Positions 21,292 through 30,824 of a stretch of DNA of 64,000 nucleotides are shown here, piece after piece. Made by a program: the position numbers and the translations under genes. The stretch is from positions 357-64,356 of the forward strand of contig JAYQGE010000003.1 of NCBI GenBank assembly GCA_038140435.1, in the 5' to 3' direction. The number at the start of each line of letters is the position of its first letter. Position 1 is the stretch's first letter. This stretch comes from Rhodospirillaceae bacterium. GTDB taxonomy: Bacteria > Pseudomonadota > Alphaproteobacteria > UBA6615. The notes below the pieces were generated by a model that was not told the origin of the DNA, made no database searches, and saw only the letters and a list, made by a program, of their open reading frames with translations.

Positions 21292-22251
21292 ATGTCGCTT
21301 CTCGAAGAGCGCGTTCAGTACAAGCCGTTCAGCTATCCTTGGGCCTATGACGCCTGGCTGATGCAGCAGCGTGTCCACTGGCTGCCCGAGGAAGTGCCGC
21401 TGGCCGACGACGTCAAGGACTGGCACCGGACGCTGTCGAACGCCGAGCGCAACCTGCTCACCCACATCTTCCGCTTCTTCACCCAGGCCGATGTGGAAGT
21501 GAACAACTGCTACATGAAGCACTATTCGCAGGTGTTCAAACCCACCGAGGTGCAGATGATGCTGGCGGCGTTCTCGAACATCGAGACGGTGCACATCTCC
21601 GCCTACTCCCATCTGCTCGACACCATCGGGATGCCCGAGACCGAGTACTCGGCATTCCTCAAGTACCAGCAGATGAAGGACAAGTACGACTACATGCAGG
21701 AGTTCGGCGTCGAGACGAACCGCGACATCGCGCTGACGCTCGCCATGTTCGGCGCCTTCACCGAGGGGCTCCAGCTCTTCGCGTCCTTCGCGATCCTCAT
21801 GAACTTCCCCCGCTTCAACAAGATGAAGGGCATGGGCCAGATCGTCACCTGGTCGGTGCGCGACGAGAGCCTGCACACCCAGTCGGTGATCAAGCTGTTC
21901 CGCACCTTCATCCACGAGAATCCGGAGATCTGGGACGAGGCTTTCGAGCGCGAGCTCTACGTGTCCTGCGACACGGTCTTGACCCACGAGGACGCCTTCA
22001 TCGACCTCGCCTTCGAGATGGGCGGGATCGAGGGCCTCGAGGCGCGCGAGGTGAAGCAGTATATCCGCTACATCGCCGACCGCAGGCTCTCCCAGCTCGG
22101 CCTGCAGCCGGTGTACCGGATCGAGAAGAACCCGCTGCCCTGGATGGAGGAGATGCTCAACGGCGTCGAGCACACCAACTTCTTCGAGAACCGGGCGACG
22201 GAGTATTCCAAGGCGGCGACCCAGGGGAACTGGGAAGAGGCCTTCGACTAG
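21292..22251 (+). CDS. nrdB: Ribonucleoside-diphosphate reductase beta subunit (tyrosyl-radical type)
   Basis: 319 aa from MSLLEERVQYKPF. Di-iron ligands in QADVEVNN / ETVHISAY (E..H..Y radical Tyr) / FTEGLQLF / RDESLHTQ contexts. C-terminal ...NWEEAFD tail for R1 binding. Confidence 0.92.
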   Translation: MSLLEERVQYKPFSYPWAYDAWLMQQRVHWLPEEVPLADDVKDWHRTLSNAERNLLTHIFRFFTQADVEVNNCYMKHYSQVFKPTEVQMMLAAFSNIETVHISAYSHLLDTIGMPETEYSAFLKYQQMKDKYDYMQEFGVETNRDIALTLAMFGAFTEGLQLFASFAILMNFPRFNKMKGMGQIVTWSVRDESLHTQSVIKLFRTFIHENPEIWDEAFERELYVSCDTVLTHEDAFIDLAFEMGGIEGLEAREVKQYIRYIADRRLSQLGLQPVYRIEKNPLPWMEEMLNGVEHTNFFENRATEYSKAATQGNWEEAFD

Positions 22252-22260
22252 AAACCAGTC

Positions 22261-22348
22261 GTCATGCCCGCACTCGTTGCGGGCATCCACGTCGCCGGGT
22301 CACGTGACGTTTCCACGCGGATGGCCGGATCAAGTCCGGCCATGACGT
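22261..22348. repeat. Structured about 88-bp intergenic repeat (family A), copy 1
   Basis: Three internal hairpins: CATGCCCGCActcgtTGCGGGCATG, GTCACGTGAC and ATGGCCGGAtcaagtCCGGCCAT. About 95 % identical to the reverse complement of 24170-24258. Confidence 0.7.
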
Positions 22349-22385
22349 CATTTATGAGTCGAACGGTCGTGCTACTAATCGCCCC

Positions 22386-24152
22386 ATGACCGCCGACCAG
22401 ATCATCATCTTCACGATCCTGGGTCTCTCCCTCGTGTTCTTCATGTGGGGCCGCTGGCGCTACGACATCGTCGCGTTCACGGCACTCATCCTCGGCGTGA
22501 TCGGCGGGGTCGTGCCCACCGACCTGGCATTCCGCGGCTTCGGCCATCCCGCCGTGATCACGGTCGCGGCGGTGCTGATAATCAGCCGGACGCTCCAGGT
22601 GTCGGGCGTGATCGACATGATCGCGACCGCCGTCATGCGGCTCGCCAAGGGACAGGGCGGCCAGATGACAGCCCTGTCGGGTATCGGTGCGATCCTGTCG
22701 GCCTTCATGAACAATGTGGGCGCGCTGGCGCTGCTCATGCCGCTGGCCCTGCGCCTGACCGAGAAGCCCTCGGCGGTGCTGATGCCGCTGTCCTTCGCAA
22801 CCATCCTGGGCGGCCTCGTCACCCTCATCGGAACACCCCCCAACATCATCGTCGCGACCTTCCGCACCGACGTGACCGGCGAGCCGTTCGCGCTCTTCGA
22901 TTTCGCCTTCGTCGGCCTGCCCATCGCGGTGCTCGGCCTCGTGTTCGTGCTCGTGATTGGCTGGCGGCTGATCCCGTCGGAGCGCACGGGGCGGCGATCT
23001 GCGGAGGAGATGTTCGATCTCGATTCCTACGTGGTCGAGGTCTCCGTGAACGAGGATTCCGACTATATCGGCAAGACCGTGCGCGAACTCGAGGCGCTCG
23101 ACGACGATCGCTCCATCGTGGTCGGGGTCTTGCGCGACACGACGCGCCGGCTCACGCATCTGTGGGGCGAACGGCTGCGCGAAGGCGACCTGCTTTTGCT
23201 GCGCGTGGATCCCGCGAGCGTCGATGAACTGGTGCAGAAGGCGGGCCTCACCCTGACCGGAGCCGAGCGCCTCGCCGAGGAGAATATCCGCTCAGACCAG
23301 GTGGCGACCATGGAAGCGGTCGTGCAGACCGGCGCGCGCATCGAGGGGCGCAGCCCCCAGACACTCGGCATGCGGCGGCGTTTCGGTGTCGCGCTGGTGG
23401 CGGTGGCACGTGAGGGCCAGCCGATCCGCGAGCGCCTGGCCCGGACCCAGTTCCGCGCCGGCGACGTGCTGCTGCTCCAGGGCGACGAGGAGGAACTGGC
23501 CGATGCGGTCGCCGAGATGGGCTGCCTGCCGCTCGCCGAACGACGGTTGTCAGTCGGCCGCCCGCGCGCGGTTCTGATCCCGGCCCTCATCTTCGCTGCC
23601 TCGGTCGTTTCGACCGTGCTCGGCTGGACGCCGGTGCATGTCTCCTTCGCGGCGGCTGTCATTGCGCTGATCCTGCTCAACCGCATCAGCGCGAACGAGG
23701 CCTACCAGACCATCGAGTGGCCCGTGATCGTGCTCCTCGGCGCGATGATTCCCCTCGGCAACGCCCTGCAGCTCACCGGCGGCACGCAGCTCATCGCCGA
23801 GAGCATCGTCGGACTGTCCGGGGCAATTCCCGTCTGGGCGGTGCTGACCATCGTGCTGGTGGTGACGATGACCCTGTCCGACCTGATGAACAACGCCGCG
23901 ACCGCCATCGTGATGGCGCCCATCTCGGTCGCCATCGCCGGCCAGCTCGGCGTCAATCCGGACCCGTTCCTGATGGCGGTCGCGATTGGCGCATCGTGTG
24001 CCTTCCTCACCCCCATCGGGCACCAGAACAACGTGCTGGTAATGGGTCCCGGCGGCTACCGGTTCGGGGATTACTGGCGGATGGGACTGCCGCTGGAGAT
24101 CATCATCGTCGCCGCCTCGGTGCCCCTGATCCTGTTTTTCTGGCCGCTGTAG
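22386..24152 (+). CDS. SLC13/DASS-family anion permease with two central TrkA-C (RCK_C) domains
   Basis: 588 aa. N- and C-terminal transporter repeats (…MNNVGALALLMPLA… / …LMNNAATAIVMAPI…) flanking two TrkA_C-like regulatory domains. Confidence 0.85.
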   Translation: MTADQIIIFTILGLSLVFFMWGRWRYDIVAFTALILGVIGGVVPTDLAFRGFGHPAVITVAAVLIISRTLQVSGVIDMIATAVMRLAKGQGGQMTALSGIGAILSAFMNNVGALALLMPLALRLTEKPSAVLMPLSFATILGGLVTLIGTPPNIIVATFRTDVTGEPFALFDFAFVGLPIAVLGLVFVLVIGWRLIPSERTGRRSAEEMFDLDSYVVEVSVNEDSDYIGKTVRELEALDDDRSIVVGVLRDTTRRLTHLWGERLREGDLLLLRVDPASVDELVQKAGLTLTGAERLAEENIRSDQVATMEAVVQTGARIEGRSPQTLGMRRRFGVALVAVAREGQPIRERLARTQFRAGDVLLLQGDEEELADAVAEMGCLPLAERRLSVGRPRAVLIPALIFAASVVSTVLGWTPVHVSFAAAVIALILLNRISANEAYQTIEWPVIVLLGAMIPLGNALQLTGGTQLIAESIVGLSGAIPVWAVLTIVLVVTMTLSDLMNNAATAIVMAPISVAIAGQLGVNPDPFLMAVAIGASCAFLTPIGHQNNVLVMGPGGYRFGDYWRMGLPLEIIIVAASVPLILFFWPL

Positions 24153-24169
24153 CAGTTCAACAAAACAAC

Positions 24170-24258
24170 CGTCATGGCCGGACTTGATCCGGCCATCCAC
24201 GTGGGAATGTCACGTGACCCGGCGACGTGGATGCCCGCAACGAGTGCGGGCATGACGT
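24170..24258. repeat. Family A repeat, copy 2 (inverted orientation relative to copy 1)
   Basis: Reverse complement is near-identical to 22261-22348. With copy 1 it brackets the SLC13 gene as an inverted pair. Confidence 0.7.
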
Positions 24259-24347
24259 CAGAGGTCGGCTCAGAGCGCCTTCGATGCCACGCCCGTGACA
24301 GGGCGTACCTCGACGCCCTAGACTTCGCCCAGGCGGGAGGACATGCC

Positions 24348-25523
24348 ATGGACACCATCGACATCAGCGCCGAGGAGATGAAGCGGCACATCGCGCGCTT
24401 CGAGGCGCAGGAATCCCAGTCCGCGCACTATGCGGCGGATACGGGCATCCCGCGCGAGGCCTACGAGATCATGGCCGCCGAGACGCTCTACCTGATGATG
24501 GCGCCGGAGACCCAGGGCGGCCCGATGGCCCAGAAACCGGGCGTTGCCGGCGAACCCGGTACGAGCGTGATCATTGCGCGCTGCCCGCCGGGCGATAAAC
24601 CCCTGCTGCATGCCCATCACTTCACGGTCGAGACCTTCATGTGCCTGACCGGCCGGTTCCGGATCCGCTGGGGCAGCGCGGGCGAACAGCAGATCGACCT
24701 CGACCCCCACGACATGATCGCCGTGCCGCCGGGCGTGGACCGCCAGTTCGAGAACATCACCGACGAGGAAGCGCTGCTGCTGGTCATCATCAGCGGCACC
24801 AGCGACGAGGATTTCTCGGACATCTCGATGCCGCCGGGCGAGACCGAGTTCATGCGCGCGAAATTCGGCCAGGAGGTGCTCGACGCCTACACGAAGATCG
24901 GCACGGCCTGGCGCCACCCGGACGGCCGGGTGGACGGCCCGAAGGTTCCGGCTCCCATCGAGGTATCGGACGCCGAGATGGCGAAGCGGATCGCCCGGCT
25001 GGCCGACATGCAGCCCCTGTCCGCGACGTCGGGCGATTCCATCGGCGTGCCGCGCGAGGCGCGCGAGATGGTGGCGGCGAAGAATCTATACCTGCTGATG
25101 GCGCCCGAGAACCAGGGCGGGCCCATGTCGCATCACGCGGCGATTCAGGGGCCGGACAACATCAGCGTGCTGATCGCGGAATGCCCGCCGGGCGACAAGC
25201 CCCTGCTGCACGCCCATCACCACACGGTCGAGACCTTCATGTGCCTGACGGGGCGGTTCCGCATCCGGTGGGGCGCGGAAGGCCAGGACCATGTCGACCT
25301 CGACCCGTATGACATGATCGCGGTCCCGCCGGACGTGGACCGGCAGTTCGAGAATATCTCCGACGCCGACGCGCGGCTCCTTGTCGTGATCACCGGCACG
25401 TCGCGCGACGACTACAACGACATCTCGATGCCGCCGAAATCGACCGCCATCATCCGGGAGCGCTTCGGCCAGGACGTTATCGACGCCTACGAGCAGCGCG
25501 GGGTTAGTTTCCGGGAGGGTTAG
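24348..25523 (+). CDS. Bicupin protein made of two tandem homologous cupin modules (function unknown)
   Basis: 391 aa from MDTIDISAEE (GGGAGG RBS). Residues 1-195 and 196-391 are clear internal duplicates, each with CPPGDKPLLHAHH[FH]TVETFMCLTGRFRIRWG cupin motifs with conserved His/Glu. Confidence 0.7.
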   Translation: MDTIDISAEEMKRHIARFEAQESQSAHYAADTGIPREAYEIMAAETLYLMMAPETQGGPMAQKPGVAGEPGTSVIIARCPPGDKPLLHAHHFTVETFMCLTGRFRIRWGSAGEQQIDLDPHDMIAVPPGVDRQFENITDEEALLLVIISGTSDEDFSDISMPPGETEFMRAKFGQEVLDAYTKIGTAWRHPDGRVDGPKVPAPIEVSDAEMAKRIARLADMQPLSATSGDSIGVPREAREMVAAKNLYLLMAPENQGGPMSHHAAIQGPDNISVLIAECPPGDKPLLHAHHHTVETFMCLTGRFRIRWGAEGQDHVDLDPYDMIAVPPDVDRQFENISDADARLLVVITGTSRDDYNDISMPPKSTAIIRERFGQDVIDAYEQRGVSFREG

Positions 25524-25534
25524 CGTTCCTGGAT

Positions 25535-25668
25535 GCTTCGAGACGCCGCCTGCGGCGGCTCCTCAGCATGAGGAGCAAGATGAAAACAGATGACCCTGCG
25601 ACGGCGTAGCGCTTCTCGCAGACCCGACCCCCCTCATCCTGAGGAGGCGCGAAGCGCCGTCTCGAAGG
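25535..25668. repeat. MITE/REP-like structured repeat (family B), long copy
   Basis: Terminal inverted repeats GCTTCGAGACG...CGTCTCGAAGG with internal palindromes CTCCTCAgcaTGAGGAG and CCTCAtccTGAGG. The terminal 40 bp recur at 59937-60028. Confidence 0.6.
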
Positions 25669-25686
25669 ATCGATGATAAGTTAGAC

Positions 25687-26037
25687 CTAAATCAGGTCTT
25701 CCAGCGTGCGCTGCTGTTCGGGCTTCCAGCCGACCAGCACGCCCGCGTCGGTCTCGATCACCGGGCGCTTGATCAGGGTCGGGTTCTCGGCCATCAGCTG
25801 CAGCCCGATGTCCTCGGTCACATTCTCGCGGATCACCTCGTCGAGGTTGCGCCAGGTCGTGCTGCCGCGATTGAGCAGGACTTCCCAGCCGACCTCCATG
25901 GCCCACTCGGTCAGCTTGTCGCTGTCCACCCCGTCCGCGCGAACGTCGAGGAAGCGGTGCGGCGTCTCGCGGCGCTCCAGCCATTTCAGCGCCTTCTTGG
26001 TCGTGTCGCAGCTCTTCAGGCCATAGACGGTCAGCAT
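25687..26037 (-). CDS. ArsC/Spx-family reductase (YffB-like)
   Basis: About 116 aa from MLTVYGLKSCDTTKKALKWLE (catalytic Cys in the CDT context) within ORF 25687..26178(-). An alternative start at MKPNRE (26064) is possible. Confidence 0.7.
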   Translation of the reverse strand: MLTVYGLKSCDTTKKALKWLERRETPHRFLDVRADGVDSDKLTEWAMEVGWEVLLNRGSTTWRNLDEVIRENVTEDIGLQLMAENPTLIKRPVIETDAGVLVGWKPEQQRTLEDLI

Positions 26038-26286
26038 GTCGGCGTCCTCTCGGTTGGGCTTCATCGCGATCTCGCGACCCGGCGGCATAGCATGCCCCCC
26101 GACGCGAATATAGGCATCCCCGAGTCCCGGACAAGCCGTTGATCGCCGCCCTGATCTTCCCGAAACACATGGCGCCATGCCCTCTAGAGCGTCATTCCGG
26201 TACGGGAAAGATCATCCCGTCCTCCTTGCCGCGACGCGGCGGGGCGTGGCTAGCTTCAGGTTCACGGATTGCTTCCGGGGGGCAGC

Positions 26287-27558
26287 ATGGCCAGCACAGA
26301 CGAACAACGGAACCGCCGCAAGGTGATCGCCGCGGGCATCACCGGCAACGTTCTGGAATGGTACGACTTCGCGGTTTACGGCTTCTACGCGCCGATCATC
26401 GGCCGGCTGTTCTTTCCCTCCGACGATCCGACCGTCTCGCTTATCGCGTCCTTCGGCGCGTTCGCCGCCGGCTTCATGATGCGCCCCATCGGCGGGTTCG
26501 TGTTCGGCTATATCGGCGACAAGATCGGCCGCAAGCGGGCGCTGGTCCTCTCGGTCATGCTGATGGCGATCCCCACCGGGGTGATCGGCATCCTGCCCGA
26601 CCACGCGACCATCGGCATCGCGGCCGCCTTCCTGATGGTCGGCATGCGCATGCTCCAGGGCCTGTCGGTCGGCGGTGAATACACCGGCTCGATCGTGTAT
26701 CTGGCCGAGCATTCACCGGCCAGCCGCCGCGGCTTCTTCACCAGCTGGACCCTGTTCGGCGCGGTCGGCGGCATCCTGCTCGGTTCCGGCGTCTCGGCGC
26801 TTGTGAGCGGACTTCTCACCGCAGACCAGGTCTCGGACTGGGGCTGGCGCCTGCCCTTCCTCGCGGGCATCCTCGTCGGCGTGGTCGGCCTGGTGATCCG
26901 CCGGCACCTGCCCGACATGCCCGAGGACGAAGGCGCGGACAAGCCCGCCAACCCGATCGTCGAGGCGCTGACCACCCAGTGGCGCGAGATGCTCAAGGTG
27001 ATCGGCTTCAACATCATCAACGCCGTCGGCTTCTACATGATGTTCGTCTATGTGGTGACCTGGCTGATCAAGCAGGTGAAGGAGCCGCGCTCCGACGCGC
27101 TGGACATCAACACGATCTCCATGGCCGTCCTGCTGGTGCTGATCCCGATCTTCGGCGCCCTGTCCGACCGGATCGGCCGCAAGCCGCTCTTGCTGTTCGG
27201 TGCCGGCGGCATGGCGATCCTCGGCTATCCGCTGATCTGGCTGATGCACCATCCGGACTTCATGATGATCCTCGCCGGCCAGCTCGGCTTCGCATTGCTG
27301 ATCGGGGCCTATTTCGGCGGCGCGCCGGCGACCCTGACGGAGATGTTTCCGCGCCGGGTGCGCGTGAGCGCGCTGTCGGTCGGCTACAATGTGGGCCTGG
27401 CCATCTTCGGCGGTACGACGCCGCTCATCGCGACCTGGCTCATCGCCCGCACCCATGACGACCTGTCGATCGCCTGGTACCTGATCGCGTGTGCGGTGGT
27501 GTCCTTCCTGGTGGTGCTGACCCTCAAGGAGACCGCGGGCAAGCCCCTGCCGGACTAA
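26287..27558 (+). CDS. MFS transporter, metabolite:H+ symporter (MHS; ProP/KgtP-like) family
   Basis: About 423 aa from MASTDEQ. 12 TM helices, MHS signatures LEWYDF..YG and GDKIGRK. Confidence 0.85.
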   Translation: MASTDEQRNRRKVIAAGITGNVLEWYDFAVYGFYAPIIGRLFFPSDDPTVSLIASFGAFAAGFMMRPIGGFVFGYIGDKIGRKRALVLSVMLMAIPTGVIGILPDHATIGIAAAFLMVGMRMLQGLSVGGEYTGSIVYLAEHSPASRRGFFTSWTLFGAVGGILLGSGVSALVSGLLTADQVSDWGWRLPFLAGILVGVVGLVIRRHLPDMPEDEGADKPANPIVEALTTQWREMLKVIGFNIINAVGFYMMFVYVVTWLIKQVKEPRSDALDINTISMAVLLVLIPIFGALSDRIGRKPLLLFGAGGMAILGYPLIWLMHHPDFMMILAGQLGFALLIGAYFGGAPATLTEMFPRRVRVSALSVGYNVGLAIFGGTTPLIATWLIARTHDDLSIAWYLIACAVVSFLVVLTLKETAGKPLPD

Positions 27559-27665
27559 AACACCCGATGGCAATTTCCGCCTGAGGGCTTGGTCTTGGCG
27601 GATCAAGTCGCATATCATTCGGGCAATCAGTCACCACGCAAATCCAGCCTCGAAGAGGGTATCCC

Positions 27666-29999
27666 ATGGGCCAGTTCGGCATCGGCCAGTCCGTCACGCG
27701 CATCGAAGACCTCCGCCTGCTCACCGGCGGCGGCACCTACACCGACGATGTGCAGCTCGAGGGCGAGAGCCACGCCTTCATCCTGCGCTCGCCCCATGCC
27801 AGCGCGGCGATCAAGGGCATCGACAGCGCGGCCGCGAAATCCGCACCGGGCGTGCTGGCCGTGCTGACCGGTGAGGATATCGCCGCCGACGATGTGAAAC
27901 CGCTGCCCAACATGTTCCCGGTCGAGAGCCTCAACGGCACCGAGCGGCCCGAGACCTATCGCCCGCTGCTGGCCCAGGAGCGTGTCCGCTATGTGGGCGA
28001 CCCGGTGGCCCTGGTGGTCGCCGACACACTCGCCCAGGCCCGCGACGCCGCCGAGCTTATCGAGGTGGACTACGACGTGCTGCCGTCGGTCACCGACACC
28101 TACAAGGCGGCCCAGCCGGGCGCGCCGCTGGTCCATGACCATATCGAGGGGAACCTCAGCTTCGACTGGGGCAAAGGGGACAAGGAGGCGACCGATGCCG
28201 CCTTCGCCAGGGCCGACCATGTGACGGTGCTGGAGCTGGTGAACAACCGGATCATCGTGAACCCGATGGAGCCGCGCGCGGCCATCGGTGCCTATTACGC
28301 CGGCGAGGACCGCTACACCCTCTACACGCCGACGCAAGGCACCCATGTGCTGCGCGGCGCCGTCTCCGGCATCCTCGGCATCGAGGCGGAGCAGCTCCGC
28401 GTCGTGACGGGCGACGTGGGCGGCGGCTTCGGCATGAAGATCTTCCCCCACCCCGAGCAGCCCATGGTGGTCTGGGCCGCGAAGAAGGTCGGCCGGCCCG
28501 TGCGCTGGACCAGCGACCGGTCGGAGGGCTTCGTCTCGGACGTGCAGGGCCGCGACCATGTGACCCGCGCCGAGGTGGCGACCGACAAGGACGGCAAGTT
28601 CCTGGCGCTGCGCGTCACGACCTGGGCCGCGCTCGGCTCGTACCTCTCCCATTTCGGGACCTACATCCCGACCGAGGCCGGCACCGGCATGCTCAACGGG
28701 CTCTACGCCTTCCCCGCCGCCTGGGCGAATGTGAAGGGCGTGATGACCAACACCGTGCCGACCGATGCCTATCGCGGCGCGGGCCGGCCCGAGGCGATCT
28801 ACTGCGTCGAGCGGCTGGTGGACAAGTGCGCGCGCGAGCTGGGGCTCACGCCCGACGAGATCCGGCGCCGGAACTTCATCGCGCCCGACCAGCTCCCCTA
28901 TTCCACCGTGCTGGGTGACGTCTATGACAGCGGCGAGTTCACCGCGATCATGGAAGAGGGCATGACCAGGGCCGACTGGGATGGCTTCGCGGCGCGCAAG
29001 GCCGAGAGCGCCGCGCGCGGCAGGCTGCGCGGCATCGGCATGTCGACCTATGTCGAGAAGTGCGGCGGCGGCAACCCCGAGGTCGCCGACGTGCGGATCG
29101 ACCCGGACAGCGAAACCGTGACCTTCTACATCGGCACCATGTCCAACGGGCAGGGCCACGACACCTCCTACAAGCAGATCATGTCCGACCGGCTGGGCAT
29201 CGACACCGACAACATGGTGATGGTCCAGGGCGACAGCGACGTGGTGCCCCCGGGCCTGACGGGCGGTTCGCGCTCGGTCACGGTCGGCGGCGTCGCGGTG
29301 GCGAAGGCGTCGGAGGAGATCATCGAGAAGGGCCGGCGCGTGGCGGGCCAGGTTATGGAAGCCGCCGACGCCGATATCGAGTATGCCGACGGCACCTTCC
29401 GGATCGCCGGCACGGACCGGGCGATGAGCCTGTTCGAGGTCGCGAAGGCGGCCGAGGACCCGGCAAACCTGCCCGAGGACACGGAGCCCGGGCTCGACAC
29501 CACGGCGACCCAGGCGCCCGAGGCCGCCACCTATCCCAACGGTTGCCATGTCTGCGAGGTCGAGATCGATCCCGAGACCGGCCATGTGGAGATTCTGCGC
29601 TATACCGCGGTTGACGATTTCGGCGACGCCATCAACCCGTTGCTGATCGCCGGCCAGGTTCATGGCGGCGTGGTCCAGGGGGTCGGCCAGGCGCTCCAGG
29701 AGCACACGGTCTATGACGAGGAGTCGGGCCAGCTCGTCTCCGGCTCCTTCATGGACTATCAGCTGCCCCGCGCCGACGACATACCGTTCTTCGCCTTCTC
29801 CATGCGCAACACGCGCTGCGCGACCAACCCGCTGGGCATCAAGGGCACCGGCGAGGCCGGCGCGATCGCGGCCTGCCCGGCGGTGATCAACGCGCTGGTC
29901 GATGCGTTGTCGGCGGACGGCGGGCCGGTCGAGATCGACATGCCCGCGACCCCGGACGTCGTCTGGGGGCTGGCCAACCGTCCGCTCGCGGCGGAATAG
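27666..29999 (+). CDS. Second form-II CoxL-like molybdopterin-binding large subunit (paralog of 15181..17514)
   Basis: 777 aa. MGQFGIGQSVTRIEDLRLLTG N-terminus, TDAYRGAGRPEA loop. Again no linked FeS or FAD subunit genes. Confidence 0.85.
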   Translation: MGQFGIGQSVTRIEDLRLLTGGGTYTDDVQLEGESHAFILRSPHASAAIKGIDSAAAKSAPGVLAVLTGEDIAADDVKPLPNMFPVESLNGTERPETYRPLLAQERVRYVGDPVALVVADTLAQARDAAELIEVDYDVLPSVTDTYKAAQPGAPLVHDHIEGNLSFDWGKGDKEATDAAFARADHVTVLELVNNRIIVNPMEPRAAIGAYYAGEDRYTLYTPTQGTHVLRGAVSGILGIEAEQLRVVTGDVGGGFGMKIFPHPEQPMVVWAAKKVGRPVRWTSDRSEGFVSDVQGRDHVTRAEVATDKDGKFLALRVTTWAALGSYLSHFGTYIPTEAGTGMLNGLYAFPAAWANVKGVMTNTVPTDAYRGAGRPEAIYCVERLVDKCARELGLTPDEIRRRNFIAPDQLPYSTVLGDVYDSGEFTAIMEEGMTRADWDGFAARKAESAARGRLRGIGMSTYVEKCGGGNPEVADVRIDPDSETVTFYIGTMSNGQGHDTSYKQIMSDRLGIDTDNMVMVQGDSDVVPPGLTGGSRSVTVGGVAVAKASEEIIEKGRRVAGQVMEAADADIEYADGTFRIAGTDRAMSLFEVAKAAEDPANLPEDTEPGLDTTATQAPEAATYPNGCHVCEVEIDPETGHVEILRYTAVDDFGDAINPLLIAGQVHGGVVQGVGQALQEHTVYDEESGQLVSGSFMDYQLPRADDIPFFAFSMRNTRCATNPLGIKGTGEAGAIAACPAVINALVDALSADGGPVEIDMPATPDVVWGLANRPLAAE

Positions 30000-30026
30000 G
30001 CGCACGCGGCAATCCGAGCGATTCCC

Positions 30027-30812
30027 ATGACGATCGACGCGGCGGCCCTGATCCCGGCAGTTCGCGACCTCGCCTACGCGGCGGGGGACGCGATCCTCGA
30101 GATCTACCGCACCGACTTCGACAGCACGCGCAAGGACGACGGCTCGCCACTGACCCTTGCCGACACCGCGTCCGAGGCGATCATCGTTCCGGGGCTACGA
30201 GCGCTCACGCCCGAGACCCCCGTGATCTCGGAGGAGGAGTTCTCCAACGGCGAGAGCCCGACAGATGTCGGTGACCGGTTCTGGCTGGTCGACCCGCTGG
30301 ACGGTACGCGGGAGTTCCTGAAGCGCAACGACGAGTTCACGGTGAACATCGGGCTGATCGACGGCGGCGTACCGCGCCTGGGCATTCTCTACGCGCCGGC
30401 GCTCGACCTCATGTACGCCGGGGCAACGGGCGAAGGCGCCACCCTGATCGAGGCGCATAACGGTGTGAGGGGCACGGAACGCAACATCGCCTGCCGCCCG
30501 GTCCCGGATGACGGTATGGATGTGCTGGTCAGCCGATCCCACGCCCGCAACGACAAGCTGGAAGGCTATCTCGCGGATATGAAGGTGCGGGACCGGATGC
30601 CCCAGGGCAGCGCGCTAAAGTTCGGGCGGCTCGCGGCCGGTGAGGCGGATATCTATCCGCGCTTCGGTCCGACCTGCGAGTGGGACACCTGCGCGGGCCA
30701 CGCGATCGTACTCGCCGCCGGCGGGTCCATCGAGACCTTCGACGGCGCCCCCCTCGCCTACAGCAAGCCGGACTATCTGAACCCCGGCTTCGTCGCATTC
30801 GGCCGCCGCTAG
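30027..30812 (+). CDS. cysQ: 3'(2'),5'-bisphosphate nucleotidase (inositol monophosphatase family)
   Basis: 261 aa. Metal-binding motifs EEE, WLVDPLDGT and the WDTCAG motif characteristic of CysQ. Confidence 0.85.
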   Translation: MTIDAAALIPAVRDLAYAAGDAILEIYRTDFDSTRKDDGSPLTLADTASEAIIVPGLRALTPETPVISEEEFSNGESPTDVGDRFWLVDPLDGTREFLKRNDEFTVNIGLIDGGVPRLGILYAPALDLMYAGATGEGATLIEAHNGVRGTERNIACRPVPDDGMDVLVSRSHARNDKLEGYLADMKVRDRMPQGSALKFGRLAAGEADIYPRFGPTCEWDTCAGHAIVLAAGGSIETFDGAPLAYSKPDYLNPGFVAFGRR

Positions 30813-30824
30813 AGCGCAACGGCC

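Noticed and set aside
22248-23159. 303-aa His/Asp/Glu-rich minus-strand ORF
   Set aside because: Antisense to the SLC13 permease and partly built from the family A repeat. The composition is an artefact of translating the complement of a GC-rich membrane-protein gene.
22261-25668. Possible CRISPR array, because of the repeated GC-rich palindromic units
   Set aside because: Only 2-3 copies, in inverted rather than direct orientation, separated by full genes rather than short uniform spacers, and no cas genes. These are REP/MITE-type dispersed repeats, not a CRISPR array.
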